From the IMG/VR virus record IMGVR_UViG_3300047283_000054: 64,000 nt of DNA. One strand, written 5' to 3'. This DNA is from a virus. Lineage: Duplodnaviria > Caudoviricetes. The notes beneath the pieces are model-generated. The model saw only the letters and a program-made list of their open reading frames with translations. It was not told the origin of the DNA and searched no databases. Position numbers and translations under genes: made by a program. Below, piece by piece: positions 41,986 to 52,839 of the stretch (the stretch's first letter is position 1; every line of letters starts with the position of its first letter).

Positions 41986-43370
41986 GTGATACAGGAAAAC
42001 AAAGTCCATTAGGTGTTAATACACTAAGCTCACTACTACAAAATCAGGGTTTTAATATAAACCCTATTATGGTTGACTTTACTGGTGTTAGTATCAGTGA
42101 ATCGTCTGCTACTAATTTAGGTATAATTGTTAACGATACTTGTTTACGATTACTTACATATGCGATTAATGATGCATACACTAGAGGTGAACCAAGCTTA
42201 GTAACAGCTGGGTCTTTTGTTATAGGATCTATATACACTATTATTAGTGTAGGTAGTACTAGTTTCACATCAATCGGAGCATCTAGTAATACAGTTGGTG
42301 TAACATTTACGGCCACAGCAGCCGGTACTGGAACCGGAACAGCTATGCCAGGGACAGCTACTTATTACACAGTCAACAATACCACCTATAATAATCTAAT
42401 CTCAATAGGTTCTACAACTATACCTGCATTAGGTAATAGTAAAGCACCTACGTTCAACTGGACAGGTTATCCTAATTGGGCAAGTAACTACACTTACACT
42501 AACGAAGTAACACGTTGGGGCTATGTAAGATTGTTTGCACTTCAAGGTTATAATGAGTTTAACTACAATGATGGTTTACCTGCATATAAAGATTACCTAT
42601 CAGCTTTTACGGCGGCAAGTAGTTTTGTAGAGTATACAAATAAAGCTATAATGTCTATGACGAATTCGCAAGACTTCTTAGAAGGCACATATAGCAATAT
42701 GAATGATTTGATTAGTGCTGACATTGCCGGAGTAAGTTTAGCAACAACTACGTTTGGTCGTGATTTAATTACCACTGGTAAGGCAATTAATTTATCAACC
42801 ATATCTACATTTGGATTACCGTCAAATTTATTATTGACTCTTGTTCAAAATAATGCTCTGACACAAAATGTAAGTTTAGCATTATTAGCATCAGGTATAC
42901 AACAAAGTGAATTGAGCCAAATACTAGACAATACTATTACCGCAACGACAGAACAAGAACGCAATATATACGGAGCGTTTAATCTTATTGTAGGTGATAG
43001 TCTTACTGAAGTATTAATACCGCTCAATTGTAAAACACGTGGGTTAGAATCACTTGCTGATTTATTAAACCCGCAAAAGTTATTCCCTAATAGTTATCAA
43101 ACATTAACAGTACCAGTATATAATACTACTCAATCAGTAACTAATAGTAAAACATACTATCCTATCTATAGTGGTGGTGGGGTGAATGGTAATTTAAATA
43201 GTCCATTAGTAGCTAATCAGATTGGAACACAAATATCAGGTGGCACACCACAATTGTCAGAAAGTGTAAACCAGACTACACCTATTGTTACTACACCTGA
43301 ACTCACAACTACAACCAGTACTGGTAACGGTGGGAAAGTATATGATACATTTGATAATGCGGTGAGGTAA
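41982..43370 (+). CDS. Putative virion structural protein
   Basis: 462 aa, translationally coupled to PAAR; contains a TAGSFVIG-x-x-YTI-x-x-VG-x-T-x-FT-x-IGA module seen in fibre-type proteins. Confidence 0.5.
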   Translation: MSDTGKQSPLGVNTLSSLLQNQGFNINPIMVDFTGVSISESSATNLGIIVNDTCLRLLTYAINDAYTRGEPSLVTAGSFVIGSIYTIISVGSTSFTSIGASSNTVGVTFTATAAGTGTGTAMPGTATYYTVNNTTYNNLISIGSTTIPALGNSKAPTFNWTGYPNWASNYTYTNEVTRWGYVRLFALQGYNEFNYNDGLPAYKDYLSAFTAASSFVEYTNKAIMSMTNSQDFLEGTYSNMNDLISADIAGVSLATTTFGRDLITTGKAINLSTISTFGLPSNLLLTLVQNNALTQNVSLALLASGIQQSELSQILDNTITATTEQERNIYGAFNLIVGDSLTEVLIPLNCKTRGLESLADLLNPQKLFPNSYQTLTVPVYNTTQSVTNSKTYYPIYSGGGVNGNLNSPLVANQIGTQISGGTPQLSESVNQTTPIVTTPELTTTTSTGNGGKVYDTFDNAVR

Positions 43371-43371
43371 T

Positions 43372-44784
43372 ATGGCAGATACAATAATACAACAATTTCC
43401 TGTAGGGTTTGGCTCATATTTAGATGGTATATTACCGCCGTCTATTGCAACTGCGGCTGGTGCATTCAGTGTATCAATGCAACAGATTACAAACATAAGT
43501 TCTATTCCTATAGAGAAGTTTGCACAGATTGTAACTAACATTGAAACGATTGCAGGGTTAGCAGTGAATGGAACTAACGTTCCAGTAGATAACACATTAG
43601 TAAGTGGATCATTACCATTAATCGCATTGGGAAGCGGACCATACGGGACATACACAATGAGTGACTTCTTTGGTTGTATGACTGGCTTACCTTATATTGG
43701 TATTGATATTAAAGGATTGATGAATGCAATAGAGACACCTGCATTATATAACATTTATGAAAATTTGTACTTAGCTGTTACCTGGGAACAAGCTACAGCA
43801 ACGTGGAATGGTACATCATTTACTTATACAAACAAAGGTGGTGGTTATGCATCTGCCCCGACAGTTACAGTAGGTGGTAATCCTGCAACTGCTACAATAG
43901 GAACTGATGCTACTGATTTAAATACCTTTGGCAGAATAATATCGATAAGTTATTCTGGTGTAGCTGGTACAGTAGTGATAGACCCTCCACCGGGTGGAGG
44001 TTGGCCTACCATGAACACAGTTGTTCAAGGTTATATTGATGCTGCCAATGCAGAGATATTAGCAATACAAACTGCTAATCAACTACTATCAGAACAATTG
44101 AACACTAATTGGAATTATACCGGCACTCAATTAACGATAGAGCAACGTGCATTAGATACCGGCTTACCTGTACCCGTACCACCTGATCCGATTGATGTAG
44201 TGCCCGATCTAGCACAGTTCCCAACTACACAAATATCATTCACTGATTCAATACCGCAGTTTGCACTTAATACTGACCCACATATGCAGGCACAATCTAT
44301 TGAAGCAATAGCTAACATATGTTCACCGGGTGGACAGAGTATTGTTGGTATGATGCGTGAAGCACGTAACCAAGTTAGATTAAATGAAATAGGTGTACCG
44401 TTAAGTAATAATATCAATGATACTATTACTCCGGTACAAAATAAAGAGTTAGTAGCTAATGGCACATTGGCTAACTCTAATCCAGCAACACTAGCACAAG
44501 TAAACTGTAACACCGGCGATGAGATTAATCCTAATCCATATGGTGTATATGATCCAAACAATAATAACTATTATGTAACTAATCCTGATTTTGGTGTGTC
44601 TCTGTTAGATACAGGAAATGCCGAAGCATTAGGATCTTTTGCGGGTTCCGAGTATAATAATCTTATACCAACGAACTTGAATACTATCTATGCGTCAAAG
44701 AACTTGTTACCTTCTACTTACACAGTTGGAGAAGCAATCGATGAAGTTATTCGTTGCAACTGCGATTGCTGGGATTTAATCTAA
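43372..44784 (+). CDS. Putative virion structural protein
   Basis: 470 aa, GGGY-x-SAPTVT motif, Cys-rich C-terminus (CNCDCW). Confidence 0.5.
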   Translation: MADTIIQQFPVGFGSYLDGILPPSIATAAGAFSVSMQQITNISSIPIEKFAQIVTNIETIAGLAVNGTNVPVDNTLVSGSLPLIALGSGPYGTYTMSDFFGCMTGLPYIGIDIKGLMNAIETPALYNIYENLYLAVTWEQATATWNGTSFTYTNKGGGYASAPTVTVGGNPATATIGTDATDLNTFGRIISISYSGVAGTVVIDPPPGGGWPTMNTVVQGYIDAANAEILAIQTANQLLSEQLNTNWNYTGTQLTIEQRALDTGLPVPVPPDPIDVVPDLAQFPTTQISFTDSIPQFALNTDPHMQAQSIEAIANICSPGGQSIVGMMREARNQVRLNEIGVPLSNNINDTITPVQNKELVANGTLANSNPATLAQVNCNTGDEINPNPYGVYDPNNNNYYVTNPDFGVSLLDTGNAEALGSFAGSEYNNLIPTNLNTIYASKNLLPSTYTVGEAIDEVIRCNCDCWDLI

Positions 44785-44792
44785 GGATGAAT

Positions 44793-45368
44793 ATGAAACT
44801 AAACTTTATTAAACCTATAGTTGCCTTCATTATAATTGTAGGTGTACATCTTACATACGATCCTACTGAAATAGTTACTACAGAGGAAGAACCAGAAGTT
44901 GTTGCTAAAGTAGTAGATCCCAAACAACTTGCGTGTATGGCAAAAAATATATTCTATGAAGCCGGCGGTGAATCTATATTAGGTCAAGCCGCTGTAGCCA
45001 GAGTAGTAATAAATCGTATTAATCATGGTTTTGCTAACACTCCCTGTGCAGTTGTATATCAATCACATATGGTAGAAAAAATAATAGACGATGAACTTAC
45101 TAAAGTAAAATTATGTCAGTTTAGTTGGGTGTGTGAAGGTAAAGGTGAACCAAACACAAATAGTCAACGATATAAACAAGCACAGCAAGTAGCATATGAA
45201 GTTATGGCTAATGATGCGTACAATGATGTTGTACCCAAATCAACATTATTCTTCCACAACTTAACTGTTGATCCGTTATGGCCTTATAAGCAAGTGGCAA
45301 AGATAGGGAATCATATCTTTTACAGTAAACATAAGAAACCGCAAAAAACAAACACCCAAAAAATCTAA
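44793..45368 (+). CDS. Cell wall hydrolase (SleB/Hydrolase_2)
   Basis: CMAKNIFYEA-x-GE, AVA-x-VV-x-NR, CQFSW and IGNHIFY motifs; N-terminal hydrophobic anchor. Confidence 0.88.
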   Translation: MKLNFIKPIVAFIIIVGVHLTYDPTEIVTTEEEPEVVAKVVDPKQLACMAKNIFYEAGGESILGQAAVARVVINRINHGFANTPCAVVYQSHMVEKIIDDELTKVKLCQFSWVCEGKGEPNTNSQRYKQAQQVAYEVMANDAYNDVVPKSTLFFHNLTVDPLWPYKQVAKIGNHIFYSKHKKPQKTNTQKI

Positions 45369-45415
45369 CATAAGTACACATGATAGTGTATACTGTCTAA
45401 ACTAATAAGGAATTA

Positions 45416-46516
45416 ATGAGTTATCTATTTACAAGTGAATCCGTGTCTGAGGGACACCCGGATAAAATTGCCGATGCAATTAGCGACGCCGTACTAGATT
45501 TAGTAATGGCAAAGGAAGACAAGTCAATGCGTTGTGCCTGTGAAACACTGGTCACTACTAATCGTGTTATTGTTGCAGGAGAATATAAAGGTATGCTTCA
45601 TACAGAAGAAGTAGACAGTGCGGTAAGAAAAGTCATCAAAGATATTGGTTACGAACAGTCTGGATTTGATTGGCGCACCGCTGAGATTACTAATCTACTA
45701 CACGGTCAAAGTGCTGATATTGCACTAGGTACTGATAACTTTGGAGCCGGAGATCAAGGATTAATGTTTGGCTATGCCTGCAATGAAACTGACAACCTTA
45801 TGCCCAGTGCTATCTACTGGTCACATCGTATTGTAGAACAATTGACAAAACTACGCAAAGCAGGTTCTGCTCCATATCTTGGACCAGACGCTAAAAGTCA
45901 AGTTACATTTGAATACAATGACGATAACACACCCAAGCGTATTAGTAAAGTTGTATGTAGCACTCAGCACAATGAAGATGCAGAAATTGATTTGGTAAGA
46001 ATTTCTGTAGAATCTATTATTCGTAATATCTTACCGTCAGAGTTTGTAGATGATAAAACTGAATTCTTTATTAACCCTACTGGTAGATTTGTTGTTGGTG
46101 GCCCTGATGGTGACACTGGGCTTACTGGCCGTAAGATTATTGTTGATACTTACGGTGGTTATAGTCCTCATGGTGGCGGAGCCTTCAGTGGTAAAGATCC
46201 TACTAAAGTGGATCGAAGTGCCGCCTACTTAACACGCTACTTAGCCAAGAACATCGTAGCCAGTGGTCAAGCACCTTGGGCAACAGTACAGATTAGTTAT
46301 GCAATTGGTATGGCGCAGCCTATGAGTTTTTATGTTGAAACCAATAGTATCTCCCAAAGTCGTATGTTAACAAAACAAATTCAAGAAGTTGTTGATTTGA
46401 CACCTAAAGGTATCATTGATAGATTTAATTTGTTTAGACCGATATATAGCTCAACTACAAACTATGGACATTTTGGTAAACCCGATCTGCCTTGGGAAAA
46501 AATAGATTTGTTCTAA
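45416..46516 (+). CDS. metK: S-adenosylmethionine synthetase
   Basis: FTSESVSEGHPDK, GAGDQG and GGGAFSGKDPTKVDRS motifs. Confidence 0.96.
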   Translation: MSYLFTSESVSEGHPDKIADAISDAVLDLVMAKEDKSMRCACETLVTTNRVIVAGEYKGMLHTEEVDSAVRKVIKDIGYEQSGFDWRTAEITNLLHGQSADIALGTDNFGAGDQGLMFGYACNETDNLMPSAIYWSHRIVEQLTKLRKAGSAPYLGPDAKSQVTFEYNDDNTPKRISKVVCSTQHNEDAEIDLVRISVESIIRNILPSEFVDDKTEFFINPTGRFVVGGPDGDTGLTGRKIIVDTYGGYSPHGGGAFSGKDPTKVDRSAAYLTRYLAKNIVASGQAPWATVQISYAIGMAQPMSFYVETNSISQSRMLTKQIQEVVDLTPKGIIDRFNLFRPIYSSTTNYGHFGKPDLPWEKIDLF

Positions 46517-46995
46517 TGAACGAAGATAAGCCAAACTCAGCGAACGGTGTTAGTAGTTATGACTCTACTGGTACTGGTTCGCTTATCCACTTCTTCAATC
46601 GTAACGTAACACCATATGCTACAGAAAGTAGTGGACCTAAGTTTGATTTAGTTCCTGTCGAGAAGCATAAAGACATTATGCTTAATGTTGCAAGGTTGCA
46701 TGCCAAGCAAGAGTATGATAGAATAATGGAACTAGTAACTGTATTACAGAAACAAGCAGAACAGATTAAACATAGACTTGATTTGACTGATATGGTTCAC
46801 GCCGCTAAATATGATTTTCAATTATCGAATGGCAACATATATTGGTTATTGTTTGATACACGTAAACAGTTTACTAGATTAAGTATTCATGGTCCCAATG
46901 ATTGGTCTGCTGGTAAACCAGTTGATTATGAATACATTTGCAAAGTTAAATGGTTAGGTGATCACACTTGGATAGAGGTAGAAGATGATAAGTAG
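46516..46995 (+). CDS. DUF2452-like protein
   Basis: A-x-Y-x-F...G-x-IYWL...LSI-x-GP-x-DW...D-x-TW pattern; TAATG coupling to metK. Confidence 0.55.
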   Translation: MNEDKPNSANGVSSYDSTGTGSLIHFFNRNVTPYATESSGPKFDLVPVEKHKDIMLNVARLHAKQEYDRIMELVTVLQKQAEQIKHRLDLTDMVHAAKYDFQLSNGNIYWLLFDTRKQFTRLSIHGPNDWSAGKPVDYEYICKVKWLGDHTWIEVEDDK

Positions 46996-47548
46996 TAGCC
47001 CAGAACGACATACTTTTCAAGCAGAGGCGTATGTTGAACGTTGTAAAGAAGAAGGCAAACAGCCTAGTGAAGATTACTTAAATCTTTACAAGTCGGCGAA
47101 ACAACGGGATGAAGAAAACATTGCAAATCCTGAATGGCAAAAAGATAACATGGAGTATGATTTACGTAGTACTCAATGGATTATTGATAAAGTAAAAAAT
47201 GATGAAGTATATGCTCAACATTTATATGCTTCTATGTGCAACAATGACTTTACTAAAAATGATGTATGGCCTATACTAACTGAGAAACGTTGGAGTTGTA
47301 GTTGGAGACACGCAGGTGGCATCATTGCTGATATGCAAGAAAAGGGCGATTACATTGATTGGTACTGTAGTGGTATCAGAAATAGTAAGATACTAGCCGA
47401 TGATGAATTCCGAGCACTAACCAAAGAACAACAAGAATTTTATATACAAAGTAAAAAGTTTGTCCCAGAAAGTTGCGTAACTGATGAGATACGAGAAGAT
47501 TTATTAAAATTAGGTTGGATTGTAATTGATGACAATGAAGAACGCTAA
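46985..47548 (+). CDS. Conserved hypothetical phage protein
   Basis: 187 aa; LYA-x-MCNN, WSCSWR-x-AGG and YIDWYCSG motifs. Confidence 0.6.
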   Translation: MISSSPERHTFQAEAYVERCKEEGKQPSEDYLNLYKSAKQRDEENIANPEWQKDNMEYDLRSTQWIIDKVKNDEVYAQHLYASMCNNDFTKNDVWPILTEKRWSCSWRHAGGIIADMQEKGDYIDWYCSGIRNSKILADDEFRALTKEQQEFYIQSKKFVPESCVTDEIREDLLKLGWIVIDDNEER

Positions 47549-47570
47549 ATACAATACAGGAGACTAACAC

Positions 47571-47951
47571 ATGGCTTATAGCGCAAAAGTAGTAGACCAC
47601 TACGAAAATCCAAGAAACGTCGGTAGTTTTGCAAAAGATGATGACGATGTAGGTACGGGTATGGTAGGAGCCCCAGCTTGCGGGGACGTAATGAAATTAC
47701 AAATTAAAGTAGATAAACTAACAGGATTAATCACAGATGCCAAATTTAAAACGTATGGGTGCGGGTCGGCTATTGCTAGCTCAAGTCTTGTCACTGAATG
47801 GGTCAAAGGGAAAACACTTGACCAAGCTGCCGAACTCCGAAACTCTGAAATCGCAGAGGAACTTGCACTCCCCCCAGTCAAAATCCATTGCTCAATCCTC
47901 GCGGAAGACGCCATCAAAGCCGCAGTAAACGATTATAAACAGAGACACTAA
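47571..47951 (+). CDS. iscU: Fe-S cluster scaffold
   Basis: DHYENPRNVG, APACGDVM, FKTYGCGSAIASSS and LPPVKIHC motifs. Confidence 0.96.
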   Translation: MAYSAKVVDHYENPRNVGSFAKDDDDVGTGMVGAPACGDVMKLQIKVDKLTGLITDAKFKTYGCGSAIASSSLVTEWVKGKTLDQAAELRNSEIAEELALPPVKIHCSILAEDAIKAAVNDYKQRH

Positions 47952-48253
47952 TGTCAAATGATACAGCAAAATTTTTAAATAGCCGGCGCAGGCACAAGAA
48001 TGATGTAGCAGTCGCAAGACAAGTTCGTATTGCTAAACAACATGGTTTAGGATTTTATGACAAAGCTATCAAAGAACCGCATCGTTTAGCAAAACATCAT
48101 GTTATGGATTGTGGCAATAAAGAATGTTATATATGTGGCAACCCACGTAGGTCACATAAAGACAAACTAACAGCACAAGAAAAACGATTGTTTCAAGACG
48201 TAGAGAAAACTACAGATAAACATAGCAACGGTTTAACTTCCGCAGAAGATTAA
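47951..48253 (+). CDS. Hypothetical basic Cys-containing protein
   Basis: 100 aa; CGNKECYICGNPR. Confidence 0.6.
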   Translation: MSNDTAKFLNSRRRHKNDVAVARQVRIAKQHGLGFYDKAIKEPHRLAKHHVMDCGNKECYICGNPRRSHKDKLTAQEKRLFQDVEKTTDKHSNGLTSAED

Positions 48254-48324
48254 TCTACCCTTTTTGTTGTATAAATACTGTTGAGTATGTTATACTCAGA
48301 CAGACTACACACAAGGAGAAAAAT

Positions 48325-48864
48325 ATGAAAACAGTTGGTGATAAATTAGAAGCATTTGTAGTAACAGGTGTTAAGCCAGGACAACCGGAAGATGCATTCT
48401 TCCCAATTACAGAAGAAAGTTTTGCAGGTAAATGGAAGATTATCGTTTACTATCCAAAAGACTTTACCTTTGTATGCCCTACAGAAATCGTAGCATACGA
48501 CAAATTACGTAGTGATTTTGAAGACCGTGATGCAGTATTACTCACAGGTTCCACTGACAATGAGTTCTGTAAAGTGTCATGGCAAAAAGCACACCCAGAC
48601 TTAGCAAAGATTAGTCATAATCAATTTGCTGATACAGCACGTGATGAGCGTAGCTTGATTAATCAACTAGGAGTATTCTATGCTCCAGCTGGTGCGGCAC
48701 TACGTGCAACATTTATTGTTGATCCAGAGAATGTTATTCAACACATTACTGTTAACAACTTAGATGTTGGTCGTAGCCCAGAAGAAACATTGCGTGTATT
48801 AGACGCATTGCAAACCGGTGAATTATGCCCTTGTAATCGTGCTATCGGTGGAGAGACACTATAA
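48325..48864 (+). CDS. ahpC: Peroxiredoxin
   Basis: YPKDFTFVCPTE and GELCPCN motifs. Confidence 0.93.
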   Translation: MKTVGDKLEAFVVTGVKPGQPEDAFFPITEESFAGKWKIIVYYPKDFTFVCPTEIVAYDKLRSDFEDRDAVLLTGSTDNEFCKVSWQKAHPDLAKISHNQFADTARDERSLINQLGVFYAPAGAALRATFIVDPENVIQHITVNNLDVGRSPEETLRVLDALQTGELCPCNRAIGGETL

Positions 48865-49400
48865 TGAATCCAATCACAATTGGTGGCGACTGGGTTGCAA
48901 ACATAAAAGAATCTATATCAGATCATTCTAAAGATATTAAGTTGAACATAGATGCGGTTATTAACCGCAGTGGTTTAGACTTAGTTGACGCACATGCTTG
49001 TGCATTAGCAGCCGCTATTGCTTCAGGCAACGGGGAACTAGCATTTGAAATTCAAATGAATGGTCCATTAATGGGTGCAGAAGAATGTGAAGCCGCAAAG
49101 ACTGCCGCAAGTCTCATGGGTCAAAACAATATATGGTATCCATTTGTTGAGATGGCGGGAGACGAAGGCATGAAAGGTCTACCTGCAGGATTGCGTATGA
49201 ATGCGTATGCTACTCACGGTGGGGTATCTAAGAAGAAATTCGAAATGTATTCATTAGCCGCAAGTATTGTTGGTAAATGTCATTTCTGTGTCAGAGCACA
49301 TTATGATACACTAAAGAAAGAAGGCATGACTACACAAGAGTTAATGTCAGTTGGCCGCATTGCGGCAGTTGTTACTGCAATAGGTAAAGTAGCACCTTAA
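48864..49400 (+). CDS. ahpD: Alkylhydroperoxidase reductant
   Basis: AA-x-LM-x-x-NN-x-WY, LRMN and S-x-x-GKCHFC-x-x-AH motifs; coupled to ahpC. Confidence 0.88.
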   Translation: MNPITIGGDWVANIKESISDHSKDIKLNIDAVINRSGLDLVDAHACALAAAIASGNGELAFEIQMNGPLMGAEECEAAKTAASLMGQNNIWYPFVEMAGDEGMKGLPAGLRMNAYATHGGVSKKKFEMYSLAASIVGKCHFCVRAHYDTLKKEGMTTQELMSVGRIAAVVTAIGKVAP

Positions 49401-49966
49401 TGTTACTGCATGAACTGCATGATTCCTCTAACGAGTTTGTAATGAACTTGTTAGAGGTTTCTCTTTCTAAGATAACAGATAATAATATTATCAAAAATTA
49501 TCATCCTGATTACAAAAATAATCCTGCCAACATTTTTTACATATTGAATGATGTTAATAGCAGATATAGACGTGGGTGTTATTATGTATTAGAAGATGAA
49601 GGCAAGTACGTGTGCAGTGCTGGATGGAATCAATATGATTTAGATTCTTCAATTGCCCTTGCATTGACAAGAGCATATGTTGAACCTAATTACAGAACAA
49701 AATACTATATGGGTGAGTATATACTACCTAAAATTATAGAAAGTACAAGAGGATATGAGCATTTATATATTACTGCCGATTCATATAATAGTGCAATTTA
49801 TCAATGGTTTGTTCGTGCAGAAGCGGGAAAAAGTCCTGGCATGTTTAGTGATTGGCCTGATATCTATAAAAACTTTAAACCAATTGGTCAAAAGACTATA
49901 TACTATACTGAGCAATATGTAGTAGAGTATAAAAATGAATATAGTAAACTTGGGAAAATTAATTAA
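49400..49966 (+). CDS. GNAT-fold protein (putative acyltransferase)
   Basis: LTRAYVEPNYR resembles GNAT motif A. Confidence 0.45.
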   Translation: MLLHELHDSSNEFVMNLLEVSLSKITDNNIIKNYHPDYKNNPANIFYILNDVNSRYRRGCYYVLEDEGKYVCSAGWNQYDLDSSIALALTRAYVEPNYRTKYYMGEYILPKIIESTRGYEHLYITADSYNSAIYQWFVRAEAGKSPGMFSDWPDIYKNFKPIGQKTIYYTEQYVVEYKNEYSKLGKIN

Positions 49967-50531
49967 TCCAAATGATTTTCAAATATATGTTGATGAAGCA
50001 GAAAAACTAGAAACTGTTATTCATAAATATGGTGGAGATTTTGTAATACCCGACTATCCGTGCTGGATGGAATACAGAAATGAAGGTGAAGTTGAAGGTT
50101 CTATTTCATTCACTAGAAACACTAATAAACATCCAATTCTGAAAGAAATGGTAGAAAAGATATTTAATATCTTTAAAACAATATTCCCCGCAAGTAGACC
50201 AGTAATATTAGAAAGAATTCACTTTATCCGTACTAAAGGAAGTATAGTTGTTCACAAAGATGAAGCAGGTAGAAATACTTGTATAAACATTGGAGTGAGA
50301 AATAGCACCGGTGCGATTACTAAAATAAGTAATGATAACGTAAAAAATAATTTTAATAACAACCATTCAGCAATAACTGTAATAGAAGGTCATGCTTATC
50401 TAATGAACACTAATCAATATCATGCAGTTGAAAGTATAAATGACAAACCTAGATATTTGATTACATATGGTTTTGGTGATACTTTTGATATTTTAAAAAA
50501 AGAATTTAAAAATGAATTTTACTCACAATAA
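49935..50531 (+). CDS. 2OG-Fe(II) oxygenase / AspH-like cupin
   Basis: H-x-D (VHKD), then YLMNT-x-x-YHAV...PR. Confidence 0.65.
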   Translation: MNIVNLGKLINPNDFQIYVDEAEKLETVIHKYGGDFVIPDYPCWMEYRNEGEVEGSISFTRNTNKHPILKEMVEKIFNIFKTIFPASRPVILERIHFIRTKGSIVVHKDEAGRNTCINIGVRNSTGAITKISNDNVKNNFNNNHSAITVIEGHAYLMNTNQYHAVESINDKPRYLITYGFGDTFDILKKEFKNEFYSQ

Positions 50532-51429
50532 CCACTTACAATATACAATAGGTGGCAGAGAATTTGGATATAGAGAAAATTCCTACGAAAAATACAATGT
50601 CACTATCGGTCAAATAGATAAAGACCATTATAGAACTAGTAGTTATCAAAATGAATTAAAAAGAACAGCAGACCTAATCTATCAAGATTATGGTAAAGAT
50701 TTTGCATTATTCCTAAGTGGAGGAACTGATAGTGAAATCGTAGCACGAAACTTTTTAAGTATTGGTATAAAACCCACGTGCTATACTATAAAGTTTAAGG
50801 ATAATTACAATCTTTCGGATGTAGTTGAGGCGATTGATTTAGCTAAAGAATTGGATCTACCGTTGCATATAATAGACTTTGATGTTAAAGATTTTTTATA
50901 TAGTGGTGAAGCTAGCGAATTCGGTAGTCAACTTCAATGCACTCAAATTACCTATCTAATGGTATATCATTCTATTAAAAAAATAGGAATGCCATCAGTG
51001 ATGGGTGGAGAAGTATTTTTAAAAAGAAATATCAATACTGACCCAAGTACTTGGGTTTATTGTATACGTGAGAACGAAGATGCAAGCGCAATGCGATTTA
51101 GTTTGAAATTCAATCTACCATTAGTCAATGAATACTTCAGTTACACTCCTGAACTATTGTTATATTATTTAGAAGATCCTGATATTACTAATTTAGTAAC
51201 TACCAAATACAATTATAAATTAACATCGGTGAGTAGCAAAAATGCTATATTGAAAAGACTTGTACCTGAAATTAGAGTTCGTAAAAAGACACACGGCTTT
51301 GAAAAATTATTAGCATTTAATTTTGAAGCGTATAGGCAGTTAGCAAATGAACAAATAATGCGTTTGGAAAATAGTTTAGATGGGATAGAATACAACACAG
51401 TTGTCAATATGTTACGAGGAAACACATGA
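50512..51429 (+). CDS. PP-loop ATP pyrophosphatase (asparagine-synthetase C-terminal-like)
   Basis: LFLSGGTDSE PP-loop, MGGE and R-x-K-x-x-GFE; no glutaminase domain. Confidence 0.65.
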   Translation: MNFTHNNHLQYTIGGREFGYRENSYEKYNVTIGQIDKDHYRTSSYQNELKRTADLIYQDYGKDFALFLSGGTDSEIVARNFLSIGIKPTCYTIKFKDNYNLSDVVEAIDLAKELDLPLHIIDFDVKDFLYSGEASEFGSQLQCTQITYLMVYHSIKKIGMPSVMGGEVFLKRNINTDPSTWVYCIRENEDASAMRFSLKFNLPLVNEYFSYTPELLLYYLEDPDITNLVTTKYNYKLTSVSSKNAILKRLVPEIRVRKKTHGFEKLLAFNFEAYRQLANEQIMRLENSLDGIEYNTVVNMLRGNT

Positions 51430-52025
51430 ATGCTATTAAATTAAACAATACACACTTAGGTCAAATACGACATTTGTTTTACTCTAATAAATTTATGGGT
51501 ACAGATAATGCTAATGTTCATGTGCAGGATGGATTTGATAAAGTTACTGAAATGCATTTAAATACATTTGCAGCCGCATACTTATCAGATTCTAAAAATT
51601 ATCACGTATACGGAGTACTAAACGAAAAACATCAAATAAATTCTATTTTGGGTTTTTATGAATCAGTTGATGACTCTAGTTGGTATTGGACACTTATAAG
51701 AACTACAGGTAACAATGGCCCGGAAATAAAATTGTTATTAGATGCTGTAATAGAATATAATGAAAAAAATGGTAGATTTAAATTTTATAGTATGTTTCCG
51801 CTACAGTATAAAAAAGTATATCGCAGACTTGCGTTTAGCGATAAAGCAAAAGAAAGATATGATTACTTTGATGAATATCAAGTAGAAACAAAGCATTACC
51901 CAATATTCTCATTGGTCTGGCAAATTCTATACAATAGAACATTGGCACCTGTTGATACTATAGTTAGATGCACTTTCTTAAAGAAAGAATATCGACAAAG
52001 TTTGTATAATGCGGGTAGGTTATAA
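51426..52025 (+). CDS. Hypothetical protein, possibly GNAT-like
   Basis: 199 aa, overlaps the preceding gene; fold guess is weak. Confidence 0.4.
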   Translation: MNAIKLNNTHLGQIRHLFYSNKFMGTDNANVHVQDGFDKVTEMHLNTFAAAYLSDSKNYHVYGVLNEKHQINSILGFYESVDDSSWYWTLIRTTGNNGPEIKLLLDAVIEYNEKNGRFKFYSMFPLQYKKVYRRLAFSDKAKERYDYFDEYQVETKHYPIFSLVWQILYNRTLAPVDTIVRCTFLKKEYRQSLYNAGRL

Positions 52026-52035
52026 ATACATCATA

Positions 52036-52839
52036 ATGTTCAAAAATATATCAAAATATTCTTGGTTTAGCTTTTTGCCCTTCATTTTATTGGCAGTAAT
52101 AACCATTGGGTTGTACACTACAAGTGTAATACCAACCTATTACTTAATATTTACTGTAATAAATTGGACTTTAATTGCTGGTTTAGGAGTAGCAGTGGGA
52201 TATCATAGATTATTTTCGCACAACACACATCCTAATTTACCTACTTGGAAAGAGAACATAATTTTATTCTTTGGAACACTAAGTGGTCAGGGATCTAGTA
52301 TAACTTGGTCGGCATTACATCGAGGGTATCATCACAAATTTAGTGATACTGAGCGAGATTTACATAGCCCAAAGTTTGGTATATACCACGCATTATTCGG
52401 ATGGTCTACTAAAGTTACCGAAAATAATCCTATTGTCAACCTAAAGTATGCAGGACCAATATTACGTAAGAACAATCATTTATGGTTTCATCAACATCAA
52501 ATGACAATACTTTGGCTTGTACCTATCATAGTTGCAATATTTGATTGGAAACTTAGTTTAGCAATGTTCTGTTTACCTACTGGGTTGTGTCTTTTACAAG
52601 ATAACTTAGTAAATGTGTTCGGACATTTAAAAGGAGGTATCGGATATAGAAATTTTGAAACTAACGATAACTCACACAATAATATAATATTGGGTTACTT
52701 GGGTTGGGGTCAAGGTTGGCATAACAACCATCACCATGATCCTAAGTCATTTGATTTTGGTACCGCTATTAGTGGCAAATGGTGGGAATTCGATCCCTGT
52801 AGACTTTTTAACCCTTTTTTAAATAATGTTCAGACTTAA
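52036..52839 (+). CDS. Membrane fatty acid desaturase-like 1
   Basis: HRLFSH, HRGYHH, GWHNNHH; WWEFDP; start at the ATG 7 nt after TATAAATA. Confidence 0.85.
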   Translation: MFKNISKYSWFSFLPFILLAVITIGLYTTSVIPTYYLIFTVINWTLIAGLGVAVGYHRLFSHNTHPNLPTWKENIILFFGTLSGQGSSITWSALHRGYHHKFSDTERDLHSPKFGIYHALFGWSTKVTENNPIVNLKYAGPILRKNNHLWFHQHQMTILWLVPIIVAIFDWKLSLAMFCLPTGLCLLQDNLVNVFGHLKGGIGYRNFETNDNSHNNIILGYLGWGQGWHNNHHHDPKSFDFGTAISGKWWEFDPCRLFNPFLNNVQT

